From assembly GCA_964481255.1 (NCBI GenBank), contig CAYZTZ010000006.1, forward strand, positions 1-57,652: a stretch of DNA of 57,652 bases, written 5' to 3'. A program made the position numbers and the translations under genes. The notes below the pieces were generated by a model. The model saw only the letters and a program-made list of their open reading frames with translations. It did not search any database and was not told where the DNA came from. Source of the stretch: an uncultured Acidobacteriota bacterium. Lineage in GTDB: Bacteria > Acidobacteriota > UBA6911. Positions 41,382 through 50,766 of the stretch are shown here, piece by piece; the stretch's first letter is position 1; every line of letters starts with the position of its first letter.

Positions 41382-42593
41382 GTGACGGACGCAAAGCGGG
41401 GATACGAATACAGACTTCTGGCGATCTTTTTTATCACCTGGGGCATCGTTTTCATGGATCGATTGGCGATCTCGTTCCTTGCGCCGATTGTCATGCCGGA
41501 ATTGAACCTGAACAATACGGATATCGGGTGGATCGGGTTCGCCACATCCTTCTGTTTCGCGATTTCCTCCATCGTTTTCGGCTTTGTCTCGGACCGCCTG
41601 GGATACCGGAAAAAGGTGTTGCTGCCGTTTCTTCTGGGAACGGCCGTCTTCTCGGCCGCCGGTGTGATGGTCCGGTCCTTCCCGCAGCTGCTGTTCGTCC
41701 GCGCCATGGTCGGCTTCTGCGAAGGGCCGGTCTCCCCTCTGATCTATTCCATACTTTTCAGCGTCAACAAGGAAAGCTTCGGCCGAAACTGCGGTATTCT
41801 CAATTCGTCCGTCGGGACCATCGGGACGACGATCGGTCCGGTTTTTATCACCCAGCTGGCCGCCGCCTATAACTGGCAGAAGACGTTCCTCCTGTCCAGC
41901 CTGCCGACGTTTGTCATGTTTTTCGTCGTTCTGTTCTTCGTGAGGGAAGTATACGTCGAAAAGCAGATCGTTCAGGAGGGCGCAAAGGCTCAGGGCTTCG
42001 TCGATCTGTTCAAATACCGGAATGTGATCCTTTGCCTCGTCATCTGCGTCCTGGGGCTGGCCGGCTATTGGACCATGATGCTATTCGCGTCCGTTTATCT
42101 GGTGAACGTGTCCCATTTCAATCTGCAGTCCATGGGCTGGGTGACGTCCGCGATGGGTATTCTGTATATCGTTTACTGCATCTTTGTCCCGAAGCTGGCG
42201 GATAATTTCGGGCGCAAGCCGGTTCTGTTTGTCGGCTTTGTGCTCAGCATTGTCGCCCCGCTGTTCATGTACCTCTTCCCCGGAGCCATGATTTCTGTTT
42301 ATGCCTATATCTTCTTTTTCGGCTTCACGGCGGCCGTTGTCCCCATTTATATGACCATGGTGCCGATGGAATCCGTGCCCGTCAGCCTGATCGCCACCGT
42401 GGGAGCCCTGGTCCAGGGCACGGGCGACCTGCTGGGCGCCGCCGCCTGGCCGGTTATCGCCGGCAAGATCGCGGACGCCGCGGGACTGCCGTTCATGATG
42501 CTGGCGGCCGCCGTGCTCCTGATGATCACGGCGGTCCTGACGCTCGCCATTAAGGAAACGCATCCGCGCAAGCGGACTCTTGCCGCCGCGTAA
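41382..42593 (+). CDS. MFS transporter
   Basis: 12 TM helices, DRLAISF, SDRLGYRK and ADNFGRK motifs; GAGGAGG RBS before GTG. Confidence 0.9.
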   Translation: MTDAKRGYEYRLLAIFFITWGIVFMDRLAISFLAPIVMPELNLNNTDIGWIGFATSFCFAISSIVFGFVSDRLGYRKKVLLPFLLGTAVFSAAGVMVRSFPQLLFVRAMVGFCEGPVSPLIYSILFSVNKESFGRNCGILNSSVGTIGTTIGPVFITQLAAAYNWQKTFLLSSLPTFVMFFVVLFFVREVYVEKQIVQEGAKAQGFVDLFKYRNVILCLVICVLGLAGYWTMMLFASVYLVNVSHFNLQSMGWVTSAMGILYIVYCIFVPKLADNFGRKPVLFVGFVLSIVAPLFMYLFPGAMISVYAYIFFFGFTAAVVPIYMTMVPMESVPVSLIATVGALVQGTGDLLGAAAWPVIAGKIADAAGLPFMMLAAAVLLMITAVLTLAIKETHPRKRTLAAA

Positions 42594-42602
42594 GAAAGCA
42601 GA

Positions 42603-42870
42603 GTGACAGGCTGCCATGGCTCCCGGCAGTTGCGGAAGAGAGCGGTGTCGATTCCGGCCGATATTGCCGAGGGGCTCCGCAGGCGGGGCAAGGCCGAGAG
42701 GGCGCGATTCCTGAACACATCGGAAGCATCGCTTGAGGAGATCCGTTACTATTTGATACTCACGCAGGATTGCGGGTATGGAGAGACGCAGGGCTTCTGA
42801 ATTCCCTGGAGGAAGCGAGCCGGTTGCCCGACTCCGGCTCGAAGGCGATTCTGGAGAGCAGGCAGTTTCT
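42603..42870 (+). pseudogene. Four-helix-bundle (23S rRNA IVS / S23-like) protein remnant
   Basis: QLRKRAVSIPADIAEG...RFLN...SLEEIRYYLIL...GYG; N-terminus missing; frameshift near 42790 with continuation LLNSLEEASRL. Confidence 0.8.
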
Positions 42871-42896
42871 CCCCGATACCGCCCAATTCCGCCGCC

Positions 42897-43499
42897 TTAT
42901 CCCTGAAGCAGAAATCTCAGCAGCAGGAACGCGATCGGCCGGAAGACGTAGTCCAGGACGCCGATCCACAACAGGCCGAATATGATGATGAAACCGTAGC
43001 GTTCGAGACTGAGGTAGGGGGCGATCAGGTGGGACGGCAGGAACCCGATCGCAACCCGGGAACCATCCAGGGGAGGGATGGGGATGAGGTTGAAAATCGC
43101 CAGGACGACGTTGATGAGGCAGGTCTGCAGAAGGAACAGGCCGATAATCCCTCCAAAGGGAAGCAGCCGGAATACAACGGCGGCGGCCGCCGCCAGAAGC
43201 AGGTTGCTTGCGGGCCCCGCCAAACCGACGATCATGACGCCCTTTTTGACATCGCGGAAATAGGCCGGATTGAAAGGGACCGGCTTGGCCCATCCGAACA
43301 GAACAGGGCTCCTGGTCATAATCAGGATCAGGGGAAGCAGAATCGATCCCATGAGATCGATATGCGCCAGGGGATTGAGCGTCAGCCGGTCGGCGTCTCT
43401 TGCCGTTGGGTCGCCCAGCCGGTAGGCCGCGTAGCCGTGAGCCACTTCATGGATGATGACGGCGAAAACAAGCGCCGCTATTCGGATTATCAGTTCCAT
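42897..43499 (-). CDS. Site-2 protease (peptidase M50)
   Basis: HEVAH, GWAKPVP, AGPASN, NLIPIPPLDG. Confidence 0.93.
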   Translation of the reverse strand: MELIIRIAALVFAVIIHEVAHGYAAYRLGDPTARDADRLTLNPLAHIDLMGSILLPLILIMTRSPVLFGWAKPVPFNPAYFRDVKKGVMIVGLAGPASNLLLAAAAAVVFRLLPFGGIIGLFLLQTCLINVVLAIFNLIPIPPLDGSRVAIGFLPSHLIAPYLSLERYGFIIIFGLLWIGVLDYVFRPIAFLLLRFLLQG

Positions 43500-43566
43500 C
43501 CGTCCCCGCCTCGATCAGGCTTCGGATGCCCGTTCCATTCGCAATCCGGAACTGTCGGCTCGAGAT

Positions 43567-44094
43567 TTACAGCACCTGCGGCTGCTTTTTAAACTGGATC
43601 AATTCGATGGCGATGCCTGAATTGTCGCGGATAAAGACGAACACGACACCGGGGCTCTCCACCGGGCCCATGGCTATTTCCACGCCTCTTGCTTTCAGCT
43701 CCTTGACCGCCGCGTGGACGTCGGGCACCTGAAAAGCCATCTGCTTGAGGCCGTGAACGCGCAGGTCCGCGCTCGGGTCCCGGCGGTACGCGGGCATGGG
43801 CTCGGCTCCCTCGACCTGGAACAGTTCCAGATGGAAATTGCCGCGCCGCATCAGGGCGATGAGCATCCTGTTTCCGGAGTCCTCCTTCATCCGCGTCACA
43901 ACTTCGAACCCGAGCATTTTCCGGTACCATTCGATGGATTCTTCCAGATTGGGCACGCTCAATCCGAAATGGTGGGGCGTTATCTCAAATCCCACGCTGT
44001 TTTCCTGCGCTGTCAGCGCCGGCGGATTCATGTTCAGGCCTCCCAGGACAAAGCAAAGAGAGAAAACGACAATCGTTGCACGAATTGTTTTCAT
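43567..44094 (-). CDS. VOC/glyoxalase family protein with signal peptide
   Basis: HHFGLSVPNLEESIEWY..LGF, ELF, QMAFQV, FIRDNSGIAIELIQ. Confidence 0.85.
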   Translation of the reverse strand: MKTIRATIVVFSLCFVLGGLNMNPPALTAQENSVGFEITPHHFGLSVPNLEESIEWYRKMLGFEVVTRMKEDSGNRMLIALMRRGNFHLELFQVEGAEPMPAYRRDPSADLRVHGLKQMAFQVPDVHAAVKELKARGVEIAMGPVESPGVVFVFIRDNSGIAIELIQFKKQPQVL

Positions 44095-44252
44095 AATTCC
44101 GTCTCCCGGAGCTTACGGGTGTCCTTGCCAGGGGCGAATCTCCCGTCGATTACAAGCCGCATAATAAATATGCGGCGCGCCCTGGACGCCGGCTCCCTGG
44201 AGGTTATGAACAATTTGTGTTGTGAAACTCATTTTGTTGTTCAGACCGGCTT

Positions 44253-44278
44253 TGGAGTGCGGGAGCCTGCGCACTCCA
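44253..44278. repeat. Collapsed REP-like palindrome (TGGAGTGCG type)
   Basis: TGGAGTGCG-N8-CGCACTCCA. Confidence 0.55.
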
Positions 44279-44472
44279 TAAGCTTCGCCTGCAATGCATT
44301 CAAAATGCCGCTTTGCCTGAGTTTTGCGACCGTAGCCACCCAAATCTTCATCTCAGGCTGATTTCAGGGGGCAAGATAGCATCCTGATCGGGTTATCGAA
44401 AGAGAAATCCTGAGCGGCCGGCAGCCCGGGTTCTGTTGCGGACGATATTCATATACGCCGCGGCCGAAGCCG

Positions 44473-44670
44473 TCAGGATTTGGATATCCTGCGCTTTTTC
44501 CGTTGCGGTCTTTCAGGCGGATTGTCCTGAACCGCGGTCGGGATTTCCGGTGAAGGTCCGGGAGCGGCACTCCCTCCCTTTTCTTCCTGACGGCTTTTCC
44601 GGATGACGTAGGCCAGACCGCCGAAAAACATCAGCGCTAATATGAGAACCACAATCTTATCCAGCGACAT
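44473..44670 (-). CDS. Small single-pass membrane protein
   Basis: GGAGG RBS, IVVLILALMFFGGLAYVI TM followed by RKSR (positive-inside rule), basic tail. Confidence 0.65.
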   Translation of the reverse strand: MSLDKIVVLILALMFFGGLAYVIRKSRQEEKGGSAAPGPSPEIPTAVQDNPPERPQRKKRRISKS

Positions 44671-44703
44671 GAAGGCCTCCATGCGTGCGCACTCCCCCGC
44701 GCC

Positions 44704-44738
44704 GGGACTGAAAAGGGCGGGACTTCAGTCCCGCGCCC
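44704..44738. repeat. REP-like palindrome (GGGACTGAAGTCCC type)
   Basis: GGGCGGGACT-TC-AGTCCCGCGCCC plus an upstream GGGACTGAA copy. Confidence 0.5.
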
Positions 44739-45300
44739 GCCGGTGAAGGAGTGGGAATCCGGTCCGAATGCGCAGGATGGACGCCGGGCGATCCGAAGAG
44801 CAGGGACACAGCCGCCGGCGGCCCTGATAAGTGCCGGCTCGGCCGATAACGGGCCAGGCGCTGCGAAGGACTATGGACGAACGGTCCGCGTCCCGCGCCC
44901 GCGAGTGAATTTCCCGGGAGAGTCAAGGCGATGCAAGAATCCGGGGCCGGCCATCCATGGCGGCAACCGCCCGATGTTTTTTCCCGGCCATCCGTAAAAA
45001 TCATTCTGCAAATAAGCGCCCGGCGCCGATTCCGGACGGATCAACCGGCTCCTGCGACGTCCGTTGATTTTTTGGATGGCGGCCCGACCAGCCACAAGTC
45101 CCTCCTGGAGGGTCATCCTCCAGGACCCGTCGATGTCTCCCGTCGCGCAGATATGCGGGAAACTCAATGCATTCTATAAACCGTTTATTCCCCTGTCAAA
45201 TATCAGGTGCCGCCGGGGTGGAAGTCCCGACGCCCTATGGCTTACAATCGGCAATTCAGGGGAAGCGGCCTTTTCTGTCACTTTCAAAGGGAGATTCATT

Positions 45301-47061
45301 TTGCGACTATCCCATCAATTCGGCTCCACCCTGCGGGATGCGCCCGCCAATATCGAAGCGGTCGGCCATCAGTTGCTGGTGCGCGCCGGTTTCATTCGGC
45401 AGCTCGGCCATGGATCGTTTGCATACCTGCCTCCGGCCAGGCGATCCCTGGCGAAGATCGAAAACATCCTGCGCGAGGAGATGAACGCCATCGGCGGACA
45501 GGAGGTGGGACTGCCCTCGGCTCATTCCGCAGAAATCCGGCAATCCCCGGGCCGCCGGCATTCTATCGGGCCGCAGACGGCGCGCTTCAAAGACCGCGCA
45601 GAGCGGGACACGGTGTCGGCGACGGCGTACGAGGAAATCGTGACGCACCTGTGCCGAAGCGAGATCCGTTCCTACCGCCAGTTGCCGCAACTCCTGTATC
45701 AGATCCGGACGAAGTCCCGCGACGACGCGCGTCCGCGAACGGGCCTGATCCATGTCCGCGAGTTCACGACGATGGAGTCCTATAGCCTGGACGCGGACGA
45801 AGCCGGCCTGGACAGGCAATACCGGGCCCACTATCAGGCGTATGCCAATACTTTTCATCGCTGCGGCCTGCCGGTGGTCGCCGCTCTTTCCGACCCGGGC
45901 ATCACGGGAGGCAGCCAGGCGCACGTGTTCCTGTACCTCGCGCCCGTCGGCGAGGATACACTCGTTTCATGCGCGCATTGCGGCTATGCGGCCGACGGCG
46001 GGGCCGCGTCTTTTGCCAAACCGGCGGCTCCGCCTGAAGACCTGAAGCCGGTTGAGAAAGTCGCCACGCCCGGCTGCAAGACCATTGAGGCGCTGGCGAA
46101 ACTGCTCGAGGTGCCGAAGCGCAAGACGGCCAAGGCCGTGTTCATGATGGCCGAACATTGGGGGGCTGAGGGCGGACGCGAGGAGTTTATCTGCGCCGTC
46201 GTCAGGGGCGACATGGAGGTGAACGAGGTCAAGCTGGCGAAAGCTGCGGGAGCCGTCCGGTTGCGTCCGGCCACCGACGAGGAAATCCGCGCCACAGGCG
46301 CCGTTCCGGGCTACGCGTCCCCGATCGGGCTGCAGGGCGTCCGCGCAATCGTTGATGATGCCGTCGTCTCTTCGCCCAATCTCGTCGCGGGAGCCAACGA
46401 GGAAGGGTATCACCTGCTCCACACAAATATCTTCCGGGATTACCGGCCCGCGATGGTCACCGACATCGCGGCCGCGGGCGCCGGAGACGCGTGCCCGCTG
46501 TGCGGGCGGGATCTGCGGGCGTCGCGCGGGGTGGAGACCGCCGGAATCGTCAAGATCGGGACCCGTTATTCCGATGCCGTCGGCGCGACGTACCTCTCCG
46601 CCGACGGGGAGAAGAAACCGATCGTCATGGGGTCCTACGGCATCGGCGTCGGAAGGCTTCTGGCCTGCATCGCCGAGGAGCACCATGACGACAAGGGCTT
46701 GATGTGGCCCGTCACTGTCGCGCCCTACAGCGTGCATCTCGTCTCGCTGGGACAGGAGGAGGCGGCGGATCGGATTTACGGGGCGCTGCGACAGGCGGGC
46801 CTGGAGGTCCTGTATGACGACCGGCAGGAAAGCCCCGGCGTGAAATTCAACGACGCGGACCTGATCGGCGTCCCGATCCGGATAACGGTTTCGGCAAGGT
46901 CTCTGGCGCAAGGGGGCGTCGAGATGAAGCGCCGCGATCAGACGGCGAAGGAGACGGTTTCCGAGGCGTCGCTCGTCGAGCGTCTGCAGTCGGAGCTCCG
47001 GTCCCGGCTGGATGAGATGTCTTCAAGGATTGTAAGGGCCTCCTTCCCGACATGGAAATAA
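45301..47061 (+). CDS. Prolyl-tRNA synthetase paralog with degenerate aminoacylation motifs and intact INS editing and anticodon-binding domains
   Basis: Collinear with bacterial ProRS; TTG start with AAGGGAG RBS; catalytic motifs altered (see findings). Confidence 0.85.
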   Translation: MRLSHQFGSTLRDAPANIEAVGHQLLVRAGFIRQLGHGSFAYLPPARRSLAKIENILREEMNAIGGQEVGLPSAHSAEIRQSPGRRHSIGPQTARFKDRAERDTVSATAYEEIVTHLCRSEIRSYRQLPQLLYQIRTKSRDDARPRTGLIHVREFTTMESYSLDADEAGLDRQYRAHYQAYANTFHRCGLPVVAALSDPGITGGSQAHVFLYLAPVGEDTLVSCAHCGYAADGGAASFAKPAAPPEDLKPVEKVATPGCKTIEALAKLLEVPKRKTAKAVFMMAEHWGAEGGREEFICAVVRGDMEVNEVKLAKAAGAVRLRPATDEEIRATGAVPGYASPIGLQGVRAIVDDAVVSSPNLVAGANEEGYHLLHTNIFRDYRPAMVTDIAAAGAGDACPLCGRDLRASRGVETAGIVKIGTRYSDAVGATYLSADGEKKPIVMGSYGIGVGRLLACIAEEHHDDKGLMWPVTVAPYSVHLVSLGQEEAADRIYGALRQAGLEVLYDDRQESPGVKFNDADLIGVPIRITVSARSLAQGGVEMKRRDQTAKETVSEASLVERLQSELRSRLDEMSSRIVRASFPTWK

Positions 47062-47069
47062 GAGGGGGC

Positions 47070-47123
47070 TCCGCGGAAACGCAACGATGGAGGCGGAAAC
47101 AAAAGAACCACGCATTTCGCGGA
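47070..47123. repeat. Degenerate REP-like palindrome (CCGCG family)
   Basis: TCCGCGGAA / TTTCGCGGA. Confidence 0.35.
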
Positions 47124-47258
47124 TTCGGAGGAAGGAAGGGTATTATAAATGCGGCGGTGCGGAGCCGCGGTATATAATCCGAGCTCAGGGCGGGCGCCGG
47201 AGGTTGAACCGGAAAGCCCTGCTGTTTTTTCGGAGAAAGGATCGGAATAAGCGGCGGC

Positions 47259-48248
47259 ATGGATTGGCGCGTCACCTTTCCCGTATCAGGCGTTGAGACA
47301 TGGGTGTTCCTGCCTCCGCTCGTGGCCTTCGTCGTCTCGTTCTTCGCATCGATGGGCGGCGTCGCGGGAGCTTTTCTGATCCTGCCGTTTCAGGTCAGCT
47401 TTCTGCACTTCGCGTCCCCTTCGGTCAGTTCCACGAACCTTGTCTATAACATCGTGGCCATACCCAGCGGCGTTTATCGGTACATGCGGGAAGGGCGGAT
47501 GGTTTGGCCGCTGGCGTGGGTCCTCATCCTCGGGACTCTGCCGGGCGTTCTCATAGGATATTACATCCGGGTGTTCTGGCTGCCGGATCCGCGCGCGTTC
47601 AAGCTGTTCGTGGCCTGCGTGCTTGTCTATATCGGGGCGCGGCTCTTAAGGGAGGTCTTTGATAGCCTCAGGCCGAGCAGGATCCGGAAGACGGATGGAG
47701 GCCCGAAGCCCGGTGAGCGGGATAATGCGGGCGGATGGGACGGTTTGCGATTCGCGGGAGACCGCATGGATCCCGATGCCAGGGTGAAAACCGTATCGTG
47801 GTCCATGAGGAGAGTGGGCTACGAATTCTGCGGGGAAAGATTTTCTTTTGAAATCCCGAAAATGCTCAGTCTGGCTTTCGTGGTGGGGATCGTCGGCGGT
47901 GCCTATGGGATAGGCGGCGGATCGATCATATCCCCCTTCTGCGTGTCCTTTTTCAGGCTGCCGGTGTACACGGTCGCCGGCGCCGCTCTGCTGGGCACTT
48001 TCCTCACTTCCGTTGCCGGCGTTTTTTTCTACAGCGTTCTGCCCGCGAAGTCCGGCGTTCCCACGTCGCCGGACTGGCCCCTGGGGATCCTTTTCGGCGT
48101 GGGCGGCTTCCTGGGGATGTATTGCGGGGCGCGCCTGCAGAAATTCGTGCCCCAGAGGCTGATAAAAATCATGCTGGGCCTCCTGCTTGCGCTTCTTGCC
48201 GCGGACTACATCGTGGAGTTCTTCGCCGGTTTGGGCGGCAGGGGATGA
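47259..48248 (+). CDS. TauE/SafE (TSUP) family sulfite/sulfur-compound exporter
   Basis: MGGVAGAFL..P, GAYGIGGGSII.P duplicated-half motifs, G.YCGARLQK. Confidence 0.88.
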   Translation: MDWRVTFPVSGVETWVFLPPLVAFVVSFFASMGGVAGAFLILPFQVSFLHFASPSVSSTNLVYNIVAIPSGVYRYMREGRMVWPLAWVLILGTLPGVLIGYYIRVFWLPDPRAFKLFVACVLVYIGARLLREVFDSLRPSRIRKTDGGPKPGERDNAGGWDGLRFAGDRMDPDARVKTVSWSMRRVGYEFCGERFSFEIPKMLSLAFVVGIVGGAYGIGGGSIISPFCVSFFRLPVYTVAGAALLGTFLTSVAGVFFYSVLPAKSGVPTSPDWPLGILFGVGGFLGMYCGARLQKFVPQRLIKIMLGLLLALLAADYIVEFFAGLGGRG

Positions 48249-48350
48249 GGGCCGCTCGGCCGAAATCCGCGAACGCCGTCGGCCGCAGGTGTCAAGGATT
48301 CGGGGAAGGAGCTTGCGGCTCCGGAGGCTGCGGAGCCTTCCTCCAAAATC

Positions 48351-49673
48351 CTAGTTCGAGACCTCGATCTTCAGCGCTTTGACTTTGCGATACAGTGTGC
48401 TCGGGTTGATGCCCAGCTGTCGGGCCGCTTTGCCGCGGTTCCCCTTGTGCCGGCGCAGGGCCTCTCTGATCATGAGCTTTTCCATGGCCTGAAGCGACAT
48501 CGGATTGCCTGTCTCCAGGCCGGTCGAGCCGGACGGCCTCAGCTCCGGCGGCAGATGATGCAGTTCGATCAGCCTGCCGCGGCACAGAACGAAGGCTTGT
48601 TCGATGATGTTTTCCAGCTCGCGAACGTTGCCCGGGTAGTCGTATTCCATCAGCCGTGCCATAACCTCTTCGGACACCCCATCGATTTCCTTGCCCTGCA
48701 GGCTGTTGAACTTCGCCACGAGATGGTCCACAAGCAGCGGGATATCCTCCCGACGCTGGCTAAGGCTGGGAAGAGTCAGGGTGATAACTCGAATGCGGTA
48801 ATAAAGGTCGTCGCGGAAGCGACCTTCGCGGACAAGCCGGCTCAAATCCTGGTTTGTGGCCGCGACGATGCGCACATCCACCTTCATCGGTTCCACGGAC
48901 CCAAGCGGCTCGATCACCCTTTCCTGGATCACGCGCAGGAGGCGTATCTGCATGGCCGGAGAGATGTCTCCGACTTCGTCGAGGAAGATGGTCCCGCCGC
49001 TGGCCAGGGCGAAACGTCCCGGTTTATCGCGCCGCGCATCGGTAAAAGCGCCTGCCTTGTGCCCGAAGAGTTCGCTCTCCAGGAGAGTGTCCGGCAGAGC
49101 CGCGCAATTGACGGCGACGAACGGTTTTTTCCTTCTGGGCGAAAGGCTGTGGATCGCCCGCGCGAACAGTTCCTTTCCCGTGCCGCTCGGCCCCTCGATC
49201 AGCACCGTGCTGGAGCTTTCGGCGATCTGCGGGAGGATCTCAAAGAGCTTCCTCATGGGCGCGCTGCGGCCGACGATGTCCTCGAACGTGTACCGGGATC
49301 TCAGCTCCTTCTGCAGCTGCTCGATCGAGCTCAGGTCCTGAAAGGTCTCGACGCCTCCGATCGTTCGGCCCTCGTCATCCTTGAGCAGGGCCGTCGAAAT
49401 GCGGATGGGGATGCGCTCGCCGTTTCGGCGGACGATGTGGGCGGTGGCGTTCAGCACCGGCCTGCCGCTGGACATGGTGCGCCGGAGCGCGCAGGCGTTT
49501 TCGCAGATGCTGGCCCGGAAAACGTCGCAGCACTGCCGCCCCAGGGCCTCGCGCCGGCTCACCTGGGTAATCCGTTCCGCGGCGCGGTTGAAGCCCGTAA
49601 CCCTCCAGTCCAGGTCGACAGTGAAAACCCCTTCATTGATTGAATCCAGAATTGTCTTTTCCCGCCCGTCCAA
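48351..49673 (-). CDS. PAS-domain sigma54-dependent activator (PAS-AAA+-Fis HTH)
   Basis: PAS with CCDVF...CENAC, GPSGTGKE, ESELFGH..GAFTDA, LDEVGD, WPGN-like YPGNVRELEN, HTH; TTG start with GGAGG RBS. Confidence 0.92.
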   Translation of the reverse strand: MDGREKTILDSINEGVFTVDLDWRVTGFNRAAERITQVSRREALGRQCCDVFRASICENACALRRTMSSGRPVLNATAHIVRRNGERIPIRISTALLKDDEGRTIGGVETFQDLSSIEQLQKELRSRYTFEDIVGRSAPMRKLFEILPQIAESSSTVLIEGPSGTGKELFARAIHSLSPRRKKPFVAVNCAALPDTLLESELFGHKAGAFTDARRDKPGRFALASGGTIFLDEVGDISPAMQIRLLRVIQERVIEPLGSVEPMKVDVRIVAATNQDLSRLVREGRFRDDLYYRIRVITLTLPSLSQRREDIPLLVDHLVAKFNSLQGKEIDGVSEEVMARLMEYDYPGNVRELENIIEQAFVLCRGRLIELHHLPPELRPSGSTGLETGNPMSLQAMEKLMIREALRRHKGNRGKAARQLGINPSTLYRKVKALKIEVSN

Positions 49674-49690
49674 TTCCCCACCTCCAGCAT

Positions 49691-49735
49691 TATTGCATTT
49701 TGCAATATAATACCAGTTACTTAATGCATTGTGCA
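49691..49735. promoter_or_regulatory. Tandem palindromic TGCA-N3-TGCA sites
   Basis: TATTGCATTTTGCAATA (49691-49707) and TGCATTGTGCA (49725-49735) in the divergent intergenic region. Confidence 0.55.
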
Positions 49736-49912
49736 AACTACCCACCGGCACCGATCGCCGCGGGTGGCTTGCGCAATTCCCGGCTTCTCCATCAGATTCG
49801 AGACTGCTATATTCGGAGGTTCTGAAATTGCATGTGGATACTTGGAATATGGATGGGCTTTTTATCGTGAATTGGGAGTATCGCCTTTCGCCATTGATTG
49901 AAGGAGATATGG

Positions 49913-50287
49913 ATGAAGGTAGGTTTCGCGGTCGCGGAAAATGAAGGACTTGAGAGCAAGGTTTACGGCCATTTCGGCTCGGCCCCCATGTTTGTCATCG
50001 TCGACACCGATCTGAAGCGGGTTTCGGCGCTGAACAACGCGAACGAGCATCATGTGCACGGCGCATGCAATCCAGTTGCGGCATTGAGCGGCAGCAATAT
50101 CGACGCCATGGTCGTGGGCGGAATCGGCCCGGGCGCCATCACGAAGCTGAACGCCATGGGGGTCAAGGTTTACAGGGCGGGGGCCGTTACTGTGGGAGAA
50201 AACGTCGCCCTCCTGGCGCAAAACAGGCTCGAGGAACTGTCGATGGAGGATTCCTGCCGGGAACATGGGGGCTCCTGCGGCCATTAG
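49913..50287 (+). CDS. NifB/NifX (dinitrogenase FeMo-cofactor) family protein
   Basis: VYGHFGSAPMFVIVD, HVHGACNP, VGGIGPGA, GHSC-like CREHGGSCGH tail; AAGGAG RBS. Confidence 0.9.
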   Translation: MKVGFAVAENEGLESKVYGHFGSAPMFVIVDTDLKRVSALNNANEHHVHGACNPVAALSGSNIDAMVVGGIGPGAITKLNAMGVKVYRAGAVTVGENVALLAQNRLEELSMEDSCREHGGSCGH

Positions 50288-50623
50288 ACCGATGTGCCGA
50301 TCCGGAACGAGTTTGCATTTCATTTTGCAGGGTTCCCCTCCCGGCCGTCGTGACATGAAGGCCGTCCGTGATTATCTTTCCCTTCGCCTTCATTGCGGTC
50401 TGCTGGAAGATTCCGGGTTTGCCGCTCATGGGGAGGCTCCGGGCGGCATTCCGAGAGGAAAAAACACTGCTCCAAGCCCGGCAGCATCGCCACAGACGGA
50501 CCTGTTTTTCAGGTTCTCCGGTTCGCCCGCAGCTGAGGCGGGCAACAATATCGCATGATTAAGCGGGATCGGGAAAACAGGTTCCCTTTTCACCCGCACC
50601 GAGCAATCCTTTCAACGCATTCG

Positions 50624-50637
50624 TGCATTTTGCAATA
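50624..50637. promoter_or_regulatory. Third TGCA-N3-TGCA site
   Basis: TGCATTTTGCAATA is identical to 49694-49707. Confidence 0.5.
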
Positions 50638-50766
50638 CCCCGGACGCCGGACGCGCATCCGGTCTCAGGAATGTTTGACGCGGCCCGGATTCCGGAGATC
50701 CATGGATGCCATTTCCCTTTGCAGGCGAGACATGCACGCCAGGAATTCCAGTAAAGGTAATCGCCT

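Noticed and set aside
44750-45300. T-box leader upstream of the proS paralog
   Set aside because: GGGTGGAAGTCC at about 45217 only partly resembles the T-box (TGGNACCGCG), and no specifier stem or terminator was found.
37200-47000. tRNA-Leu-anchored genomic island
   Set aside because: No integrase and no repeat of the tRNA 3' end were seen, and housekeeping mutM lies within the interval.
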